Of a stretch of DNA of 64,000 bases, positions 23,984-37,572 are shown piece after piece; positions within the stretch are counted from its first letter, which is position 1, and every line of letters begins with the position of its first letter. A program made the position numbers and the translations under genes. Source of the DNA: Fimbriosthenelais zetlandica. Taxonomy: Eukaryota. Below the pieces are notes generated by a model, which saw nothing but the letters and a program-made list of their open reading frames with translations, had not been told where the DNA came from and did not search any database. The stretch spans positions 12,400,001-12,464,000 of the forward strand of contig OZ365112.1 in NCBI GenBank assembly GCA_977030845.1, read 5' to 3'.

Positions 23984-26900
23984 CCAAAGCCAAAATAGAA
24001 GAAGGAGGTTTTGTTCACATTACCAGTACAGAACAGGTAAGTTCCTGTTTCTTGATGGCATCTCATAGATTTGCCTTGCTATATTTATGCCACTTATAGC
24101 TGATCATTACGCTAGAATATCAATTTTTTTCGAATGATCTAAAAAATTGCAGAATCTATATTTGCATTGCTGCTTTAGATAAATGTATACAGTGATTTTT
24201 TGCTTGGCACTTTCAGGTAGCTAGACGATTGGACTCGTACAGAAAGCAAAAGGTTTGTGATGAATTTTTTCAATCTCCCTGTCATGAAAAGTGTGGCCCC
24301 TAGGCTGACCGATCATGCTCAATGTCTGGAAGTAAGGGCAAAATGAAAATGGGGGTATCCCTAGTGACTACCTTCCCCACTAGCTGTAAGATGGGTCTAG
24401 GATAAGGTGATTCTGTAGGAAATTAGATGTCATTCTTTAAGACCATCTTTTTTCTCAAGAAACTGCCCCAAAATTCCGAATTGGATCAAGTTGTGTGTCC
24501 AGTATCTGAAATTCTGAAATCTAATAGATGTATTCTACAGAGGCTGACAGGAAAGCAGTCAAAAACCTTGAATTTTGAGGTCTGAAAAAGCTGACACATA
24601 AGATTATCTAAGATAAGAAAGCAAGTACAGAATGACAATCTGTAGACTTTATGGAGTGCACAAGACGACCTGTGAGTTATCTTTGTAAACTCACGTGTGT
24701 CTAAGAAGCTGTTGGTAGCACCACCCGCTGGTGGGGAGGCCCTTTCTAAGAGGCCTGAGAGTGGTTGGAGAGAGGGGGAAGAAGTTGAGTCAGATTGTGT
24801 GCATGTAGTCGTCTCTCTTCTCATCGTGTCCCTCGTGCTTGCTGTTCCACCAGTTCTTTGAATTTGACCCAATGTCCAGTGTTTAGTTCCTGGTCATTGC
24901 AGGCAAAAAAGACGGCCTCAGCAAAGAGGACGGAGGAGAGTCAGACTGCTGCATCCAAGCCCCAGGCTGAACAGACCAGAGCGTCGTGCAGCAGTGCCTA
25001 CCCTCCATCGCGCGAGTTACCCCCGCGCTTCACTCAAACATCCGCAGCAGCAGCAGCAGCTACGGCCACAACAGCAGCTGACATGCAGCCCGTTCAGGTT
25101 TCGCAGAAGAAAGGGTCCGGTGGTGAGTCCAGCTTTGGTCACGCTTCCTGTCCCCCAACAATGCTGCACACACCCTGTCTTCCCCATGTTGTCTTGTCGG
25201 CACATTGGTTATTTTCTTATATATAGCTGATTCCTAGATAATAGTGTTATTATAGCTAGATGAGCCTGCCCATCAAACTTTTTTGGAGTTTGTGGTGCTT
25301 TTAATCCATTTGGATCATTTGCTTCATTTCCACATATGGCAACGTTATTGGCTTTGTTTGTCACTTATTCAGTTATACTTACACAACGGGATTGAAGCTC
25401 TGTTGTTTTCATCCGTTAATATTAATGCTGATAGCCAAATCCATATGATACTAACTACAACTGTAACATGGAAGCAAAAAGACAATAACTTGTGACGATA
25501 TGAACTGCCCCCAGTCATGAAAATGCTCATTCATTGGAATGGAAACCATATGGCCCGCCCTCAATACATTTGGTTGACAAGGTTTAGGGAAAAGGCAGCA
25601 GAAAGTGAAAGCAGTATTCTTCAACATCTGAGGATAAATTGCCCCACTCCCCCCACCTCCCTTCCCCCTGTGACAATTAAGCTGAAATGACCTGCTGGAA
25701 TATCTTTCTCTACAGACTGAACCCACTGATATAAAAACTCTTGATCCTATATAAACGAATTCATGTACTCAACTGGCAAAATGAAATGAGAGTAAATATA
25801 TGCCCCCTAAATTGCCCACAATTGTAATTTGGTGGCTGCCTGTGTGGAGGGTTTTGCGATCAGTCTTTTGATGTATTTTGATAGTAGACCGGCTAGTGGT
25901 TTAGTGTATATGGCCAGTATACAATGTATTTTGTTGCTTATACTTTTGGTCGCATATGCTGTCTATTAGCTATTGACTCTTCTTGGCATCAGTGGATTTC
26001 TTTTTACCAATATTCTGGGACTGATTTCATTGAGAACTTGTTTTCTACTTTATTAGAATCGACGTATACTTTAATCAAGCAGTAATTTATTTTTCTTCAC
26101 AGGGGCAGTTTTTAGATGGACCAAAATCTAATCTTAATATTTTACGGGATGCATGTGTGGTTCTCCTTTAAGCTTGTGGCATGCTCACATTTTAACCTGT
26201 TTCTTCTTCCCTTGATTTGACAGAATGACACGTTTTATAGTCATTTCCCCTCGGAAAAACCTCAAAAGATATACAGGCCTTCTATCAAAATTATACTTTT
26301 TGGTCATTGGCTCAAAATTTGCTAAGAAAAATTATCGTTGCGCAAGAAATTTCCACTGAATTTACTTTATTAGATGTGATTTAAAATTTGGCAAATTGTG
26401 CTTTTCTCTATATAAGAATGGATGTGTGAGGATGACAAACGGTAATTGGTCTCAAAGTCGGACAGAATTTTTAGAGTTGTGCTTAATGCTAATGCATGAA
26501 ACTTGTTATAATTGTGTTTTCGACTATAGTGATCAACCCTCTTTCTAATGCTCTTTTTCTCATTTTATAGTCGAAGATGGGAATATCGACCAGACTAAAT
26601 GAGACTTCTCACTCTAATTTTGCCTAACAAATGACTTGACTACTATAATTTAGGGTAATTGCCTGAGTGATGAAATGACATTGGTTAATGGGTTTGATTT
26701 TCACAAAATATACGTGCTTAAATAATACAATTATATGATGAAGTAAATTATTTGTAAATTGGATAATTTTCTGGTAACTACTTAAAAGGCCAAGTTGTGG
26801 AAATACTAGTTATGTATTTCTGTTAAATAACTAATGTCTGAGACTTAAGTTTGCTTACTTTTCAGATTCTGGATCCCATCAGGGTGACAGTCAGGAGATA

Positions 26901-29900
26901 GGAACCTGGCATAACCCAGAGGGTATGTGGGGATCCTCCACATCATCCGATATAATTGTTGACACACAAGATAAGGAGGCATGGCCTTCAATAAGCAAAT
27001 CTGATCAAGGAGCCTCAAATGGTGATACAATTGCCAACAGTAGTGACTCTACCAAATCTACGTCTGTGATATCTAGTAGCTCAAGCAATCCAGGGCAGAC
27101 CACGCTAAGCCAGGGCCAAAGTGACAATAATTCCTCGGCTGTGAAAAGTGGTAGTGCTTCCAACGTATGGGGCGCATCTTATAACCTTGGTGAGGCGAAA
27201 ATGGAACCTTCAACTGCTGCATGGGTTTTGAACCCATCCAGCTTTGGACAAATGAACTCGGGGCCATGGGCAAGCGGTAGCCTCAGCAACCCAGTTCAGA
27301 ACGTTATGCAAAGCAACCCAACCAGTGGGGACAACACACCACTGACATCTTCAGCCCCCGTGAATCAGTCGTTGGGCTGGGGCATTAGCACGGCTGGTGT
27401 AGGCAGCAACCGGCCACGTGAGAACGTCATCCCAAGCAAAAGGAACAGTGGCTCTGGGATGCCAACAAGTGGTGCTCAAACCGCAAACGAAGGACAATCA
27501 CTGGAGGCGACCACGTCCTCCTCCATGGCCAGCGCCATGTCTTGGCCTGGCCTCAGCTTCTCCAATGCTGGATTGCCAGGACTACCCAAGGATCAGGCAG
27601 CTAATCCGCAAGACACTGCATGGGGCAATGTGTCAGGCAATTCTGTGATCGGTTCTGGTCTAGGTATTACTACAACTGCAGGACCCAATTCCACAACAGA
27701 CTCTAAATCTAGAATGGACCAGTGGGGAGGCAGTGGTCCAGGCTGGGGCAGTTCATTACCAGAATTACCATTACCAACGGAAGCCAGTGGATGGGGATCA
27801 CCCACCGCTAGTCCCGTCCCCAATGCTGGTACCGAGGGATGGGGCAAACCAGATAACAAGCCACTTCCCAAAGCTTGGACCTCTGGCCCTAATCAATATT
27901 CCAAATCAAACCAGTCGTCCCCGGGTTGGGGACAGTCACTGCCTGATAACAGACCAAATTCCACAGGCTGGGCACCACCACCATCCGATGCCAAACCGAA
28001 CCCTTCACCAGGATGGAGTGACCCAAATTCCAAGCCAACCAACCCTAAGGAAGGATGGGATGTGGCAGATTCAATGTTGGCCCAACAAAAATCTGTCTGG
28101 GGACAGGTGAATGACAATCGTGGGCCTCCTCCTCCCTCTCAGTGGGGTGGAGGTGCAGGGGCAGCTAATCCACCCCCACAATGGGGTGGAAACAACAATG
28201 GTGCAGGGGCCGCTGGCGGGAACCCCTCGGGAGGAGAAAATCCATCAGGTGCTTGGGGAGGGAATCCGACCAATCCGAGGCCTACTGGGCCACCTCCTAA
28301 CAGCTGGGGCCAGCAACCAGCTAAGGATCTGAGTGGGCATCCATCTCAACCCCCTTCTCCAAGCATGAATACTGCAGTGGCTCCGTATCCAGAATTGAGC
28401 CCTAAGGAGCAGATGGTTATGGACGCTATCAATACAACAGAAAGTTGGGGTAAGAGGCCTATCCGACAGGATCAAAGCTGGGATAATGAGGCGGCCTCAC
28501 CCCCTACCAGACGCAAGTCTCTGTCAAATGAAGAATCTAATCATTGGAATCAGCAAAATAATAATGGCACTGCCATTTGGGAATCAAGCATGTCTAGTAA
28601 GGAAGGCCCTCCACAGCCTTCTCAGCATTCTCAGCAGTGGGGTGGTGAGGACAGATCACGTGGTGCTTCAAGGGGTAGTGGGGCTGAATGGGGTAGTGAC
28701 AATGACTCTGGTACTTGGACGGGGCCACCAGACCACAAATCTTCCAACACCTGGAATAATGGCCCTTCACAGAACCACCAGTGGGGCGGTGGCAACCAGT
28801 ACCAAGGCAATAATCCGAGCAATACATGGGGCAGTGGCAATGACAGAAGAGACAATCAATGGGACCGTGGTAACCCTAATAACCAGTGGGGTGGGCCAAA
28901 GAGGGATGACAGCCATCAGTGGGGAGCAAGCAAGGATGATAACGTTTGGGATAAAGACGGTACTAACGCCTGGAGCCAGGGAGGGGGTGGCCACCGTGGA
29001 GGAGGTGGCGGTGGCGGCGGCGGTGGTGGTGGTGGTGGTATGGACAGAGGTGGTATGGAAACGGGTATGTGGGGTGAACCACGACGCAGAGGTTCCTCCT
29101 CAAGCTGGGGAGATGAACAAGAAGTGGCTGGATGGGAAGATCCATCCCCACCCCAGTCCCGACGTACCCCTAACATGGATGACAATCCAGGGTACTGGGG
29201 AGATTCACAACCTCACCGTCAAGTACCATGGGACAGAATGCAGGGACCACCTAACACATCAATGCCCCCGCCCCATATGCAGAATATGGGTAGAGGTGTG
29301 CCTGGACCACGTGGACCTCCACCTACTGATGACAAAACTCCAGGACTGTGGGTCCAGTCTCGGCCACCGTCCAACAAAACTGGCTGGGGCGACCCCAACT
29401 CTGAAATAGACAAGGGAACCAGCATCTGGGGTCAAGGTACCCAACAGGTGAGACTTCGCCATGTGAGTACCCTTCTTTACCACCATGTACCTATTACCAT
29501 ACGGCTGTGGGATTTAAGGTGTTCATTTGCTAATTTGGAATTTAAGGTGTGGGCTGAATGTGATTTCATGGACTCTGAATGCTACTTTGGGGTAATTCGG
29601 GAAGAGTGATGTCTCTGACAGTATTTTTGCATGTTCCTCTGATTTTTTTTGGAATTGATTGCGAATCCGCCCTTTATACAGTAAGATGTATATCTGTAGA
29701 TCATCTGAAACCCAATCATCTTCATTTTATTTTTATTTGTTTATTTTTTGGCAAAAATGGGAACCTCATCAAGTTCAAATTTGGCAGCGCTAATTATGCC
29801 TGCATGCATTTCCATCCATACAATTTGATTGAGATTTATTTCAAATATACTTTATCAAATCATTACCAAATTTGATACATTGAAAAATATGTACATTTTC

Positions 29901-32900
29901 TATTTCTTCCACATCATAAATGCTCATAGCATGGCACACACACATGAACAGTTGCTCGTATGGTATGGTTAGCTGTGAATGGTGGTGGTCGGAGGGTGAC
30001 TGATGCATATATTTATAATCTTGAAGCTTGTATTTTTCTGTATTAATATTTATATTAGAATTGTGCTGTCTGACAATGTATCATATAGTGTCGGACATTC
30101 TTATCTTACCATAAGTAGAAACTTCATTCGTAGAAGAGAAATAGTTTAAAACCATTATATCTGCTGAGTAGAAGTTAGTTGGAACAGAAAATGTGAAGGC
30201 TCAGTTTGAGTAGCATGTTGGGAGGAGATTACAATGTCTTTGGTAAATATATCTTTACAGCCCAAACAGGTGAACCCCAACTGGCAGGATCAGTCTTGGC
30301 CGCCTGGAGGTGCAAAACCCAAATCATCACCAGCCGCCTGGGGAGAACCAGGAGATTGGCCACCGAAGAAAATGAACCCAATGCCTGTAAGTCTTCATGA
30401 TTTCTAGTATAATCACAACATAATGTGTCTTTACAAAACTCAAAAAGGATTTCTAATAAAATAATCTGACTTTATTACCTTATAAGTAGGCTTCTAGTAT
30501 ATTGACATAATATCAGACTTTCGAAAAGATTTTAGTAACTGGATGATTCTATGTGGAGAACCCTGAGGTTATAATGGATACAAAGTATGTAGTTATATAT
30601 CCGACAAATGGGAAGTATATTTATGTTGCCATGTGTTAAATTTTAAAAATGATTTGCCTGTTTCTAGGGTGCTAACTATGGAGGCAAGCCGCCTCAACCA
30701 CAGATGAGAAGTAAGATGATACAGATTCTAACTGAGATGGGATTCAAGGTAGGTTTCATGCTTTATACTACTTTCACTTTCATTTATTCAGATCCTGAAT
30801 TCCGACACCAGATTGCCAACTATGCGGACATTTATAAATGTATTGATTTTGTCTTACAGAGAGAGGATGCCCAGAATGCCTTGATCAGCAATAATATGAA
30901 TATGGAAAGTGCCATCGGTAAGTTACCAGCTTTGATATTGATTTTATATAACATTTAAATGAATCTTGATTGCATTAGTCATTGCTTTACTCCTCAAGAA
31001 ATGTTACAGAAATTAAAATTAGCTGACATTTATGGAGAATGAGAGAAACTCTTCAAATATTTTTCAGCTGGTTAGCTGACATTTAATCAGAAACATTGAA
31101 TGATATGTCATAACTAAATCTGTCTTATATATTCATCAGGACAAATTAGAGAATTTATCACACTTATTATGTTCTTCTAAAAATCTTGACATTTAATTTA
31201 ATTTCAGCTGACCTACTAAATGGTGCTAATAAGCGATCTGATCCAGACATGGATATGGAAACGGGTCAGAAAGCTAGAAAATTACTTGGTATGCCAGCTG
31301 GTGACATTACCGACCCTCAGTCCGATGCCAATTCAATAGTGCCTATGTCCATGCCGAATACTCCTTTCTCCAATGCTCAACCGCCGATGTCTAATTCTCA
31401 AGGTATTGGAACTCCCATGAATAAGAATACAGGAATGCCTGGGTTCAGTGGACTGGGTGGTAACAGCCTCAGCCCTAATCTCACTCAGAAGATGCAGATG
31501 CCCAGTGGAGGTCTCCCTCCTCCACAGGGACAGAACATCCGTGGGCAGATGCCTGGCTCAGCAGTCCAGCAGAAGATGATCCATAATAATATCATCTACC
31601 AACATCTGAGACTAGCTGTGGACAACGGCCTCATCTCGCCGCAGCTGCTCAGCCAGCAGCCCTCGCCTATTGTCCAAGTCCTCCTTCGACAACTGCTACA
31701 GATGCAAGACGCCTACCAGAGGCTCCTTTGCCAGCAACAAGTTCTCCAGCAAAAAGGCTCAGGAACAAAACCACAGCTGGAGCAGATTGCTCTCATAATT
31801 CCCAAAATTAAGACGCAAATCTACAACCTCCAGCAACAAATACAACTACAACAGAGCGTGAACAATCCTGCTGCGGCAGGGCAGGGTAAACCTGATGTTC
31901 TCAAGGATCTGAACTCTAGCATGACTGGACTTGCTATTAATCCTCAAGCCCTCCTCCAACAACAGCCACATGCTGCCGCCCAACAACAACAGCAACAACC
32001 ACCTCCACAGCAGCAAACCCAACAACAACAGCAACAGCCACCAACACAACAGCCACAACAGTCTCGTTTGAACCAGTGGAAACTGCCATCCCCTGACCGT
32101 GAGGCCCAGAGTGTAGAGTTGAACAAAGCGGTCGGTTCCCGCCCGCTGCCTCAGACGCATTCCGCACCAAACCTGCAGATACCCAAATCGGAGCCAGGGG
32201 CTCCTTTGCCATTCCCAGATAACAATACATGGTCCTCACCTAGTGTAACGACAAATGATTGGCCCTCCTCCACGGCCTCAGCCACCAGTGCATCCAGCAC
32301 CACTATTGTTTCCGCCACTACCCCCTCTACGATGTCCGTGAAGGATAGCGGTAGCAGCAGTGGATCGGAAAGTGGTGGTGAGAACACATCTAAAGAATCT
32401 CCCACCACTGGTAACACCACCTCTTTGATTGGAGTTGATAGAAGTTCAGCAAGTCCTACTGCCAATGATATATCAGATAATCCCTCCTCCGGCAACGCTG
32501 CCAACATCAATCTGAATGATATGATCGAGGAGTTCGTGCCGGGGAAGAAGTGGACAGGGCTCAACCAGAAGAGTGTGGAGGACGATCCCTATCTCACTCC
32601 AGCTTCTGCCACTCGACCCTCACTCAGTGTGAACACCATTAAGGATGACTATGTCAATGCCACGCTTGGTAAATCCAGCTCCAGTCCCAGCATGAACAGT
32701 GACAGTGGCACTGGTTCTCTAGGGTCCGGTCCCTGGTCGTTCATAGGAGGCGGAAGTAACGGGAAGAATAGCGGTTCAGCCGGGAAGATGCAGTGGTCTT
32801 CGGCCGCAGGTGATGGCCAGAGCTCTCTAACGTCGGATCTGTGGGGTGGAGGTCCCAAGACGAGGCCCCCTCCGGGTCTTAGCAGCAGCCGTATCGGAGG

Positions 32901-34168
32901 TCAGTTCGGGTTCAACCGTAGTGTCTCCTGGGCGCCCGGTGACAACCGGTCGTCTTCTATGCATTGTGAGTTTAGAATCCTTATTAAAATCTAAATTAAG
33001 AACCGCTAAGATCTGTAAGAGATAAGGAGTAAGTCATTTTATAATTTATTGGCCTGCATGCGGTTCCAGTTCTTGAAGAACTCCTCGTTCTGGTTTAGTT
33101 TTATCCCCACCTCTCTGCCTGTAATTCATCATAATACACAGTATATAACTTAGTGTGTATTTTCAGTTTTTTCTCTGAATGCATGACATTAATTTGTAGG
33201 TAAACAGTTCTTACTAGATTTCCTGAACTTTTTGCTCTCCCTTGGGTTGTAAGGTTTCATAGTGCACTTCTTTACGATTTAGGAAACTGCATGCACCCTC
33301 GACTCCAACCTTTCTCTTGATTTTCACTAATTCTCCTTTGGCAATTGACTGAAATTTATTACCTTTCATTCTTCCATGTTTTTCTAATATTGGTCTGGTT
33401 TCTATTACAGCTGGTGGACCATCATGGGGAGGCGGTACTCCACCATCTAATTGTCTCCGACTGAAAAACCTACTGCCACCGGTTAGTATTACATTAAATT
33501 CTCATCCATTTCCTAACACTTTTTATTATTCCTATACCTCCATTTGAATTAAGAACAAATTGATATGATTCAGAGTTTTTGAAGAAATATTTTATTTGAA
33601 TATATTCTTGAAAGCTACAGGATGTTTAAGCCAAGGTTCTAATGAGATATTTTCGGTTTTGCAGATTGATGGAGCAACTATCCGTGCCCTGTGTCACCAG
33701 CACGGACCTCTTCAAATGTTCTATCACCACCCGAGCTCTGGCCAAGCTCTCATCCGCTACTCCACCAAGGAGGAAGCGATCAAAGCGCAAAAATCACTGC
33801 ATAACCTGTCGCTGGGTAGCACGACAATCGTCGCTGAGTTTGTCTCTGAAGGAGAAAACGCTCGACTTCTCGAGCAGCTGAATCAGGGTGTAGGCATGCC
33901 GTCTGGAGGTCTTCCCTCTGGAGGCCTACACTCGGGAGGCGTTCCTGGTTCTAACACCCTCTCTAATCTATGGCCTCAATCCCCTGCTCCCTTCAACAAC
34001 TATCAGCGTTCCACCAGTCACTACGCACAGGGCATTCACAAGATGGACCAGTGGAACGGGGCCAGCGCCTTTGGTGGAGGAGGCACCTGGGGGAACAGCG
34101 GTGGATTATGGGGAGGAGGACTGGAGGAACACAGCCTCCTGCAGGGAGATATCCTGGGCGGACAATAA
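23984..34168 (+). CDS. TNRC6: GW182/TNRC6 (gawky) miRISC scaffold, about 1820 aa; first coding exon lies upstream and is ambiguous
   Basis: Exons 23984-24036, 24903-25122, 26866-29447, 30261-30386, 30668-30748, 30860-30917, 31208-32965, 33411-33481, 33665-34168 join in frame. Features: N-terminal YPPSRELPPRF (compare vertebrate YMPREVPPRF), a GW/WG-rich Argonaute-binding region with ESWGKRPIRQDQSWD, UBA (MIQILTEMGFK|REDAQNALISNNMNMESAI), Q-rich region, SRLNQWK, PAM2-like EFVPGKKWTG..DDPYLTP, RRM (NCLRLKNLLPP|IDGATIRALCHQHGPL..ALIRYSTKEEAIKAQ) and a C-terminal GW tail. Confidence 0.96.
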
Positions 34169-35130
34169 GTTTACAATGTCTATCTCACAGTATTGTGGAG
34201 GGAGGGGCTCTAGTCAAGCCACCACCTGAAAGTGTGATCTCTACATAATGATACTTGAGGATGTACCACTCCCACCGTTCTGGGCTGTAGTGGCATCAGT
34301 CAATTTGACAGTAGGAGCTTATCTGTTTTACATGTACAGGAGATGCTGCATTCCAAGTAATATTAAGGTGAACAATGAGAAAAAATGAGACAGAAAAAAA
34401 AGAAAAAAATATATAAAACTATGGAAAAAAAGAAAAAAAAAATATTTAAAAAATATACGGAAAGTACAAATATTAATAACAATCGACTGTTTTGAATGAA
34501 AGAAATTTTATGGTGCTAACTGCTTCTAAGAAGACAGGGCACATTTTATTTTTGAATACTTCTGCTAGAAGTATAAGTGAAGAAAGTCTTTCAGAATTCC
34601 AAAGCTGACTTTATTATACTTTGCTACTGAAAATGTGACATCTCCCAGCATTTTGAGTAAGTTAGTTAATAAATATGAATATATATATATTATGTAAAAA
34701 AAAAATCGAAAAAAAATAATTTAAAAAGTAACCTCATAGTCATTGAATCATTGCCAAGTGATAAATATTGCAAATCACATTTTGTGAATAACTTTTCAAG
34801 TGCTGATGTGTCCGTGGTCTCAGCAGCTAAGGATATTGACTAATGAATGCGTCATGTATCGATATCAAAGTCCAAAAATAATCTCTTCCATGCAACAAAG
34901 AATTAGTGCATGACAATTATTATTATAATATTATTATTGTTGTTGATGGCCATTTTATTTGAGAAGTAAGGTTATTGACAATGAACCATGTCAACAATTG
35001 AATGAAGCTGGACTCCTCTGTGGCCATGGCGTGACGGCCTGCCGTCTGTGTGTCTTTGCGTCTTGTGTGATTACCATATGCTGATACTAGCAATGTACTC
35101 TAGTGGCTACTGGTGAAAAACAATAAAGAG
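34169..35130 (+). other. Putative TNRC6 3' UTR with AATAAA at 35122-35127
   Basis: AU-rich sequence after the stop codon, with A-rich tracts at 34380-34455 and a canonical polyA signal. The actual cleavage site is unverified. Confidence 0.5.
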
Positions 35131-36868
35131 TCACTTAGGTCCCACACTGCAGCACTGGGGCCTAGGCCTCGACTACTTAGAGCAAGTGCTCTTAACCGTC
35201 TTACTTCTTTACAAACTACCTTCGTCCACGTGAAGTTCAATTCAAGCTATGAATCCATGACAATATTCAATCCAATTGACACCCTTGTACTTGAGAATGT
35301 CCCACGTAATCTGTTTGATGTTAAGAAAGGAGTTATTGCTTTATTCACTAAGATTGTTCTGGCAATTTGACCTATCGTTTGATTTGTTTATGTGCAGTTG
35401 GAACTGAAATATAACCTTGAGACCTAATTTTGAATCGGCTTGAATTTAATTCATTTTGAGCGTGGATAGGTGAAATTATTTAGTCACCCAATAGATTAAT
35501 TTTGTTAAACCCAACTAATTATTGCCAGTTTGGCCTAAATTGAAGCATTTGCATTTTTTGGTGTTAAAAAAACTTCTAGTTATTCTAAACTGCCAAGTTC
35601 CCGGTCCCTTCCGTAGTGGTGCATGTAATAATTTGCTCGGGTCTATTTGTACGTTAAAGCCCATATATGTCATAAAGACGCGAAAAGTCCACTGGTTTCC
35701 TTGTTTCCTGTACATTTGCAGAGCCACCTTTCTCCAAACCGGGGAACTAATTTTGCAGTAACATTTAGCATTGTATCAAAACATGTCTGAAAATGGCCCT
35801 CACTTTTGGCCTATATTATCCACTGAAAGGATAGAAAAAAAATGCAAAAAAAAAATATTTTGGACGAGGTGGAAAATTAAATAAAGAAAATACGCACTGG
35901 CTGCTCATGAATGAGTTTCTTGCAAATTACTTTTAGTTAGATACAATACTGATAAGAACTACCCCTGGAGGATGAAACGGGTATAAATCATGACAAATGT
36001 AACCAAGGATGCTCTCCTCTTACCCTTGCTATCCAGAGAAATTCTGATAGATAGAAAGTAGATATTGGTCTGTTTTCTTTGTCTCTAATGTCTGGAACTT
36101 CAAGTCTTGTGTCTCAGATTGGACATACTTTTTCCCTGTGGTCATATTGCAAGTAACTGAATCATTTACAAGGAAGACCCGAGTAAATTCGGTGGAATTA
36201 AGTTTATTTTGAGAACAATATATACCAGTACAGAACAGAAACAGTTTATCCATTATATTTTTTAATCCACTGTGACAAGTCAATGCCCCCAACAACAATA
36301 TGAATATATAACGTTGAACTAAGGCAGAGAATAGTGTGAGAGGAAGGAGAGTGAGATTTCATGATTAAGCTCGATCCACGAACGTTGAATCTCTCTGTGA
36401 ATTAGAAGTAAATCATCACGCACTGCAGATGATGGTCTTGATAAATATATCACACAATCCTAAGCCACTACAATGGGTTATACCCAGCAATATTAGTCAT
36501 ATAATCAAATTATTTGAAAAGATCACAATGAAAAAAAAATATTTGAAAATGTACTTAACGCGAGTTTTACATGTTTTCTGCTTTGTTCCAAAGCGTTGTT
36601 TTAATTAAATAATGAACTGATAAAACACCAACAACTATAGATGGATAACATTAATCACAGATAACCGCAATGAACGAAACAATGCTCTAAAAACGCATGT
36701 AGAACACATTTTTCTTTCGAACTTTACTATTTTGTATGAGTCATTCCGGTTTTCAACACAAATCCCTAAGCTACTACATATATAATCTATCTAATAATTA
36801 AATAGGCTCATTAATTAAAATTTAAAGAAACAAATAGATATTCCTTTCACAATAGTGCGAGATCTCTT

Positions 36869-37084
36869 CAGGGTTCCCATTAATACCCAGGGTCAAAATT
36901 TCATGAATTTGTCCCGACTAGAAATTCTGATAATCACTGTAAAACTTATATGTTTCATACTCATCCCCTGCCCCAATTATTCCTGCTTCTAACAAAGTTC
37001 TTACTTTTAAGAATTTTTCTTGAATTCTTCCCGACCTTAAAAATGTTATAACTTATATTGTTTTCCTGGCCAGTGGGAACCCTG
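36869..37084. mobile_element. Short (216 bp) TIR element, hAT-like MITE
   Basis: 11-bp TIRs CAGGGTTCCCA (36869-36879) and TGGGAACCCTG (37074-37084). No matching TSD is visible, so this may be an older insertion. Confidence 0.6.
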
Positions 37085-37572
37085 TAAGACTGTCTTACTC
37101 CCATGCATGTGTATATTTTTTAACTTCCATGAATTATATGATATCAGTGCTGTTTCCAAGCAGGCTACACACCATACATTTAGCATTGAAGCAGTTGCAA
37201 TCTAGATTTCCATACAATATTCCCTTCCCTTAAAGTCAATGGTTTTGTGCGCAGGGCCTAAACAGAACCCTAGATAGAATAGATAGAGGAGGCACTAAAT
37301 GATGATCGGGAGGCAAAGCATTATACAAACTGCCACCAACCACCCTGGCGACAACCAGTGAAAGCAGGATTTCCTAGAGACGCTGCCAAAAGCAGACGAC
37401 ATTGCTGGACTGATTTTCAAAAGCAATATTTTTGTTTTTGTGGACTAGTAGTGGATTTTTCTCTTTCTTGGTGCTCGGCAGTTAACATCCATTTACTAGA
37501 GATACATCTCTATGTGTTTCTTCTCGAGTGATGGAGATTAAATATGGCAGACTAGATGGATTGTCCCTCATG

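Noticed and set aside
27073-33881. Many overlapping alternative-frame and antisense ORFs within TNRC6 exons (likewise in TEX2 and FBXW10)
   Set aside because: Expected shadows of GC-rich low-complexity coding sequence.
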